From positions 559-64,558 of the forward strand of contig JASFOJ010000002.1 of the NCBI GenBank assembly GCA_050116575.1: 64,000 nt of DNA, read 5' to 3'. Below the pieces are notes generated by a model that had not been told where the DNA came from, made no database searches, and worked only from the letters and a program-made list of their open reading frames with translations. Below are positions 61,211 to 64,000 of this stretch, piece by piece. Each line of letters starts with the position of its first letter. The first letter of the stretch is position 1. Origin of the DNA: Gammaproteobacteria bacterium (lineage in GTDB: Bacteria; Pseudomonadota; Gammaproteobacteria; SZUA-152). A program made the translations under genes and the position numbers.

Positions 61211-61528
61211 TTAATGATTGGGGCGCGTGAGTTCATTACGCATGGCGATAATATCGCTTAAACTAAAATCCCTTAGCAAACGGGTATACTTTTCATCAAC
61301 CTTGAGCAACTCCGCGGATTCGCAGGCGTCCCGTTCCGACAGCCACAATTCAATCAGCCAGCTCGCCGCCGCCCGCTTCGCCCATTTCGGTATTAACGAT
61401 TCGTCCTTAAACCAGTCTTCAATAAGATAGGTATCTGCATACATTTTATTGGCGCGCAGCACGATACCCTGCTCAATTTGCTCAACGGACAAGCCAAATG
61501 AATGGTTCAGCACAGTCAATAAATTCAT
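61211..61528 (-). CDS. Hypothetical cytoplasmic protein
   Basis: The 105-aa product has no recognisable motif and is coding-like in composition. Confidence 0.35.
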   Translation of the reverse strand: MNLLTVLNHSFGLSVEQIEQGIVLRANKMYADTYLIEDWFKDESLIPKWAKRAAASWLIELWLSERDACESAELLKVDEKYTRLLRDFSLSDIIAMRNELTRPNH

Positions 61529-61704
61529 GGTGTTACCACACGAGTGCTATCCGGGTTTTCGTTATGGTTAGCGATAGTTAGCGGCACGCCAGCGTTTGCC
61601 GCTACGGCCACCGCTGCATTTGTTGTTAACAGCATCCAATTTATATCCCGCTGTGGTTCGCGAGTCAATTTCAATCGGCGGCACGCTAACATGATCAACC
61701 GCGA

Positions 61705-62628
61705 TTAATCAATTTCAATAAATCGCATTTCAACACGTCTGTTCTGCAACCGGCCTTGCTTGCTGTCATTGGATGCAATCGGTTGTGTATCGCCATACCC
61801 ATGCGTGGCCAGCACCTTTTTGTTAACACCCAGCTCCACCAGAAAACGAGTCGCGCTTCTGGCCCGCAGCAGGGACAAACGCTTGTTGATGGCGTCGGAA
61901 CCGGTATTGTCCGTGTGGCCCGCCACTTCCACCCGCATCCGGGGATGTTCACGCAATCTTCGGGCAACGTCGCGCAGAATGCCTTTTGCGCTGTTGCTGA
62001 GTGCATCACTACCGCTCCTGAAGTGCACGCCCTTTAGCGTAACAATTTCTATTATATGACAACCCATGGGTTCCACTTTGACGCCAGGCGGTGTACCGGC
62101 GCATAAATCCTTGCTGTCAACAACACCGTCGTTATCCGAATCCCATTCACAACCGTTGCCGTCGACGCTGACGTCGCTAATGGTTCTACTGCACCGGTCC
62201 CTGTAATTGGGCACGCCGTCATGGTCGTCGTCAAAACCGCATCCACGGCTATCGACTTTTACGCCGTGGGGTGTACCACGGCAGGCATCGCGGGAATCAG
62301 CAACGGTATCACCATCGGTATCCAGCGCACAGCCCTTAACATCCACCCAGGTATCCGGTGCCGTATCTTTACATTGGTCTTCAGCGTTATTAACGCCATC
62401 ATTATCGTCATCCTGGGAAGCAATAATATTATCCCCGCTTGCAGCCCTGTTTTCCTTTTGCACCGCAGAGGTGCCTGCGCTGCCCGCGCCCAACTCGGTA
62501 GTTGACCCCGTATTGTCGGCCGGGGATGAACCACAACCTGCCAGCATTGACAGCGTAACAAGTATGAAAATGATGCTGGCAAATGGAATGAAAAGTTTAT
62601 CTGGATCGGTCTTGTTATTATTTTTCAT
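61705..62628 (-). CDS. OmpA-family lipoprotein with thrombospondin type-3 (Ca-binding) repeats
   Basis: It has the lipobox LAGCGSS. Repeated DxDxDGxxDxxDxC units are present (DDDNDGVNNAEDQC, DTDGDTVADSRDAC, DSDNDGVVDSKDLC). The C-terminal OmpA_C has GHTDNTGSDAINKRLSLLRA...NRRVE. Confidence 0.8.
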   Translation of the reverse strand: MKNNNKTDPDKLFIPFASIIFILVTLSMLAGCGSSPADNTGSTTELGAGSAGTSAVQKENRAASGDNIIASQDDDNDGVNNAEDQCKDTAPDTWVDVKGCALDTDGDTVADSRDACRGTPHGVKVDSRGCGFDDDHDGVPNYRDRCSRTISDVSVDGNGCEWDSDNDGVVDSKDLCAGTPPGVKVEPMGCHIIEIVTLKGVHFRSGSDALSNSAKGILRDVARRLREHPRMRVEVAGHTDNTGSDAINKRLSLLRARSATRFLVELGVNKKVLATHGYGDTQPIASNDSKQGRLQNRRVEMRFIEID

Positions 62629-63151
62629 AGATAATGCCTTTTAATTTTATGGGTAACTGGAACGGCGATTTGCGTCAACTGACCGAGCTTTTCATGTGAA
62701 CCCGTTCATGAAAAGCCCCCCACGGAAAGCCGCGCCGATAAATTGATTATATTTAACCCAAGACCCCGTATGGCGCATCGCAGCACCGACATCAAGGGCA
62801 CTAAAAGAACCGGCTCAGTGATTTTTAAACAGGGTGCTTGACTGTTTTCGATTGTCGTTAATATTTGGTGGTTGCTATTTTTATCTTTGTTTACGCCACG
62901 CACCAATCAATGACATATATCATTTTGTGCGAATCATTTTGGTGCAATTATTTTATTACAACGGTGGTTGATTTCCCAAATACAAACGTAACTTTTTGTT
63001 ATCCGGGCACATTACTGTTCTTGGTATATTGCCTGCTAAGTTGATTCTACAATAACGCAGAACGAATACCGGGTTCAAAATCGACCCGTCTCTCACCTCG
63101 CGGCGAGAGCGTACTATTAATAATAACGAATTAAACCTGGAAAGCACCAAC

Positions 63152-63853
63152 ATGGGAAGCATTGATATCGTCGGTCTCATCAGCCTGGCATTCGGCCTGG
63201 GCATGGTCCACGCGCTGGATGCCGATCATATTGTCGCGGTATCCAGCCTGGCCGGTACCCGGGTTAACAGGCGCGATACCATGGGGTTTTGCATCCGCTG
63301 GGCCCTGGGTCACGGTCTGTCACTGCTGCTGATCGGCAGTTGCGTATTTTTGCTGGGCATGGCTATTCCCCAGGAACTCAGCCACTACGCGGAAACCATG
63401 GTGGGTGCGGTATTAATCACTATCGGCCTCATGCTCTGCCGGCAATTGATCCGTCAAAACGCGCATTTGCATGTTCATCACCACGATGGCCTGCCGCCGC
63501 ACGCCCACTGGCACACCCATGACCAACATCAAACCGATCACCACCGGGACAGGCACCGGCATCGTCATACCGCCGTATTGGTGGGTCTGGTGCACGGAAC
63601 CGCGGGCTCGGCACCGTTACTGGTATTGATTCCGCTGGCCAAGATCGGCACGCCCTGGATGGGAATGCTATACCTGACAACATTCAGCATCGGGGTAATG
63701 ATCACCATGCTGATATTTGGTGGCGTGCTGGGCAGCGTATATCAATGGTTGTCCCGTCATGGACCGGCATTTATAAAAACAGCCAAGGCACTGATCGCCA
63801 CCGTATCGATGGGTTATGGCAGTTATTTGCTGGCGGGAAGTTTGGCGTCATGA
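63152..63853 (+). CDS. Ni2+/Co2+ transporter of the NicO/RcnA-like family with His-rich loop
   Basis: It has the HALDADHI signature in TM1-2, six TM helices and a central loop HLHVHHHDGLPPHAHWHTHDQHQTDHHRDRHRHRH. It overlaps the ureD start (ATGA). Confidence 0.7.
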   Translation: MGSIDIVGLISLAFGLGMVHALDADHIVAVSSLAGTRVNRRDTMGFCIRWALGHGLSLLLIGSCVFLLGMAIPQELSHYAETMVGAVLITIGLMLCRQLIRQNAHLHVHHHDGLPPHAHWHTHDQHQTDHHRDRHRHRHTAVLVGLVHGTAGSAPLLVLIPLAKIGTPWMGMLYLTTFSIGVMITMLIFGGVLGSVYQWLSRHGPAFIKTAKALIATVSMGYGSYLLAGSLAS

Positions 63854-64000
63854 TGCCGGCCGGTTCGCAAAGTAGCTGGCAAGCACGTTTGTCATTGGCG
63901 TTAAAAAATCTCAATGGCAAAACCGTTATTGCCAACCGCAGCCATTACGGTCCCCTGGTAATTCAAAAGCCGTTTTATCCCGAAGGCGATCCCTGTCACT
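63850..64000 (+). CDS. ureD: Urease accessory protein UreD (N-terminal part; runs off window)
   Basis: WQARLSLALKNLNGKTVIANRSHYGPLVIQKPFYPEGDPCH matches the UreD/UreH N-terminus (WQAxLxLxF...GKTVL...GPLxVQRPFYPE). Confidence 0.7.
   Translation, partial: MMPAGSQSSWQARLSLALKNLNGKTVIANRSHYGPLVIQKPFYPEGDPCH

Noticed and set aside
1-64000. tRNA/rRNA genes, integrases, transposases, phage genes
   Set aside because: I scanned by eye for conserved T-arm (GGTTCGAATCC-like) and rRNA signatures and for recombinase motifs. Nothing convincing was found.

Overview
This window reads as a gammaproteobacterial chromosomal segment (about 52% GC) dominated by conserved housekeeping synteny. It contains the leuS-lptE-holA-proA-nadD-rsfS-rlmH block joined directly to maf-rng-yhdP and a C-N hydrolase, the miaB-ybeZ-ybeY-corC-lnt block, glcDEF with a class-V aminotransferase, an ammonium transporter, glutamate dehydrogenase, and a truncated ClC channel at the left edge. 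More accessory content includes a minus-strand signalling operon (TonB-dependent receptor, YfiR-like periplasmic protein, hybrid histidine kinase, REC-HD-GYP regulator, single REC) followed by an Rsd/AlgQ-like anti-sigma factor. There is also a periplasmic protein that fuses an unknown domain to a tetraheme c-type cytochrome upstream of amt, and a 1287-aa DUF3683/FAD-oxidase/Fe-S fusion. The stretch from 54 to 63 kb is a hypothetical-rich region. It holds a 28-aa hydrophobic peptide gene with its own promoter and terminator, an operon coupling a membrane-anchored AmiC-type peptidoglycan amidase to a MamK-like actin homolog, several secreted proteins or lipoproteins, an OmpA protein with TSP3 repeats, and a Ni/Co transporter coupled to ureD at the right edge. 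Three tandem-gene intergenic spacers carry related inverted-repeat elements built from GCGCAAAG-type sub-repeats, one of which includes an 8-bp microsatellite. I found no tRNA, rRNA, CRISPR array, integrase, transposase or prophage signature by eye. The amidase/MamK-like actin operon is the most likely candidate for an undescribed system, and the cytochrome fusion ranks next.
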